Below, piece by piece: positions 61,305-64,000 of a stretch of DNA of 64,000 bases. Below the pieces are notes generated by a model. It was not told where the DNA came from. It saw only the letters and a program-made list of their open reading frames with translations, and did not search any database. How positions within the stretch are numbered: the first letter of the stretch is position 1; every line of letters begins with the position of its first letter. Source of the stretch: Azolla caroliniana (Eukaryota; Plantae; Polypodiophyta). Location: NCBI GenBank assembly GCA_043228905.1, contig JBHGNT010000007.1, positions 10,168,001 through 10,232,000 of the forward strand. Reading direction: 5' to 3'. The position numbers and the translations under genes are program-made.

Positions 61305-62053
61305 ATAGTAGAGCATGGGCATGCGCCGATTGTGAAGGCGCTAGTACGGTCATGCGAGGGACAAGTCGGAAATTGGCCACGACATCTGCCTTATGCTTTA
61401 TGGGCGGACCGAACTACGCACAGTTCGGTAACCGAGTACATGCCGACGGAGCTTATCTTCGGGCAGAAGCCGATAATGCCGGTGGAACGGATGATTTCCT
61501 CCTGGACCGCGATCAACTGGACGGAGGAGATGAGCAGAGAAGAGCTGCTAGTTGTGCAGATCCGCCAGCTCGAACGGAGGCCGGAGGACGTAGTACGACG
61601 AAAAACAAAGTTGTGCGCTGCACGCGAGAGGAACAAGGGCCGGTTCGACCGGACACACGAGCTATGACCAAGGAAGATCGAGGACGGCGACTGGGTGTTG
61701 GTCTATGACAGCAGCCTCGACAATCAGCACAGGGCTACACGGAAATTTGCGCAGAGATGGTTCGGGCCCTATGTGGTGACAAGCGCAAATGACAACGCCA
61801 CATATCACCTTGTGGAGCTCGACGGGACGAGGATAGCGTTACCAGTTGTGGGAAAGCGGATAAAGGCCTTCAAGTAGCAGCACGAAGCGGAACCAGACCC
61901 TGAGATTAGGGGCGAGAATGGCGAACCAAAGGAGCCGGACCATGACCAGGAGGTCAACGAATAGAGGGAGGAAGAATAATCGAACAAACAGAATTCCCAT
62001 ATCTCTCTCTCTCTTGGCACATACCGCTGGATGTGCAGTTTCGTGGGGGTGGA

Positions 62054-62383
62054 GGTCGTGGGAAATTTTGGTTACAAAGTTAGACACGTTGGAACGGGTG
62101 CTTACACTATTGAAGACCAACATTGAGTCTCTATGTAGGAACACATGTAAATAACGTAGGACTAGAACATGGGAGTTAATGGGTACTTTAAGGTCCCACA
62201 TGGATAGAGAGGAAGGTAGTGAGTCTGACATGAGGAGATCGAGGAAATCTCTATCCGAAGCGGCCGACTTAACTACCTGATGTGACAACCCGCTCTCTCC
62301 TTGGTCTATAAAAGGAGGGAGAGACGACTGAGTAGAGGGGCGGATTTTGAGCTCAGGACGAAGTGCTTCCAGTCTGAGTGTCG

Positions 62384-62429
<46 letters not shown>

Positions 62430-62905
62430 CCCGGTTCTGGAAGGAAACCTCTACTCGCGTAGGAAGCCTGTTAGCTCCCGACCAAAGGTTCTACATTCCA
62501 TTTCCCTATGCGTGTGAGTGGGTGCAAGCGTCTCTCGGGAACGCTACGATTTGTCACCGGTTGTGCCCGGTTGTACTCCTTGGTTCTCTGCTAATCACTA
62601 GTTGTTGAGTTCCCTCTCGTGTTGGGGTTTCTGCGTTGTTCTAACTTGTTGCGTGTTAACCATGCCCGAGGTCGCGTCTTAGTCCTGTTCCGACCTTGTT
62701 GTGTGCACGTCCGAGTCTGCAAGCCCATGCGCTTGCCACTACTTCTTGGCTCCCCGATCGGGACTGGACCAGCATAGCTATCCGAACCAATCTTGTGAAG
62801 CTAACCGAACCGTAACGGGAGCCTCCCTCCTTCCTTTCCAGATCCTTGGTTCGAGACCTTTGCGGTCTCGCCCGCTCTAACACGTGCACGCCGAATATCG
62901 CGACA
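62054..62905 (+). repeat. 3' LTR of G4
   Basis: Follows G-rich PPT; (G)GTCGTG...CGCGACA termini as in B; CTATAAAAGG and (CT)n inside. Confidence 0.8.
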
Positions 62906-63990
62906 ACGTGCTTGGAACGCAAAGATCACGCATCGACTACGTTGGATGGGGTTTGGTCGTCGAAATCAGACTCTTCACTCTTCATCTGGCAAGGTCAGAA
63001 TGGGCCGGTAAGCATTATGCTCTATGTGGATGATCTAGTGATCGTTGACGTTGACCTGGAAGAAATCAAGCGCGTCAAGTCGGAACTCGCAGCATTGTTC
63101 GAAATGAAGGATCTCGGTGACCTTCATTACTTCCTCGGGATCAAAGCGATCCGCACCTCGGAAGGCATATTGATAAGTCAACACCACTATGTGTTTAGTA
63201 TGCTCTTCGAATTCGGTATGATGGAGTGCATGTCCTGTCAACTCCTTTGGATAGGAATGTGAAGCTTCGCCCCGACTCCGGAATGGCATGCGACCCGAAA
63301 TGGTTCCGATAGATAGTTGGAAGCCTTATATATATAACCATCACCTGGCCGGATCTCAGCTATCCGGTGAGCTTGATTAGTCAATTCATGGCGCATCCAA
63401 CCGTGGAGCACCTTTAGTGCGCACACCAAATACTCAAGTATGTTAGTGGCACTAAGGACAGGGGGTTGTTGTATCGGGCCGATATAGGCAGACAACTTGT
63501 TGGCCAGACAGATGTCGATTGAGCCAGAAACGTCGACGATCGATGGTCAACTTTTGGATTCACGTTTTCACTTGGGAGTACTGCAGTCACTTGGAGCAGC
63601 AAGAAGCAACCAATAGGTGCACTATCGAACACTCAGGCCGAGTATTGAGGAGTGGCTATCGCAACGTGCGAAGCCATTTGGCTCAAATAATTATTGACGG
63701 ATCTACATGTGGAGGTGTTCGATCCGACAACGATCTACTGCGACAATCCCAGCAGCATCCAACTAGCGAAGAACCCCATCTTCCACACTAGGACAAAGCA
63801 CATTGAGGTGCATTACCATTTTCTCCGAGAGCGAGTCCTCTCCAGTGAAGTTGACCTAGTGTATGTTCCGATGGATCGGCAGACTACCGACATTGTCACC
63901 AAACCTCTCGGCCTAGACAAGTTGCAACAATTTTCGGGTTTGCTTGGTCTCGAGTACCTCGATATGCCGAACTTGAGGGGGAGAGGTGAT
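62906..63990 (+). pseudogene. pol: Copia C4 RT and RNase H remnant (C3 family)
   Basis: RAWNAKITHRL, MLYVDDL, FEMKDLGDLHYFLG, WSSKKQP, RTKHIEVHYHF, DIVTKPL. Confidence 0.9.
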
Positions 63991-64000
63991 GCTGAAAAGG

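Larger units (their letters stand above)
47913..62905 (+). mobile_element. Degenerate B-family Gypsy G4 (fragmented; the two ends may be different copies)
   Basis: LTR piece 47913-48081 homologous to 62420-62590, gag-PR 48082-50118, RT 50110-50933 and 54192-54900, IN 61307-61980, 3' LTR 62054-62905. Confidence 0.75.

Overview
The window is entirely eukaryotic retroelement DNA and contains no recognisable host gene. The element types suggest a non-seed land plant (fern, lycophyte or bryophyte), but that is inference. Bases 496-41536 form a five-level nest: old Ty3/Gypsy G0 (-) contains Copia C1 (+), which contains Gypsy B (-, tRNA-Trp PBS, 4-bp TSD), which contains Gypsy A (-, extra 889-aa ORF), which contains an intact chromovirus (-) with apparently identical LTRs. 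C1 also holds an RT-less Copia and a 1.5-kb solo LTR. Two RTEX-like LINEs follow in tandem, then a second nest (Copia C4 contains Gypsy G4, which holds non-autonomous N1 and Copia C3; C3 holds Copia C2) broken by deletions. The most striking signal is in two diverged Gypsy families, A and G0. Neither has a polypurine tract next to its 3' LTR. Each instead carries a copy of a tRNA-Arg-like 3' end (...GGGCGTGCCA) 2 nt before the 3' LTR, split by a covarying 13-nt hairpin. That is the geometry expected if the second (plus) DNA strand were also tRNA-primed. The B-type family also appears to insert at 4-bp targets centred on CpG.
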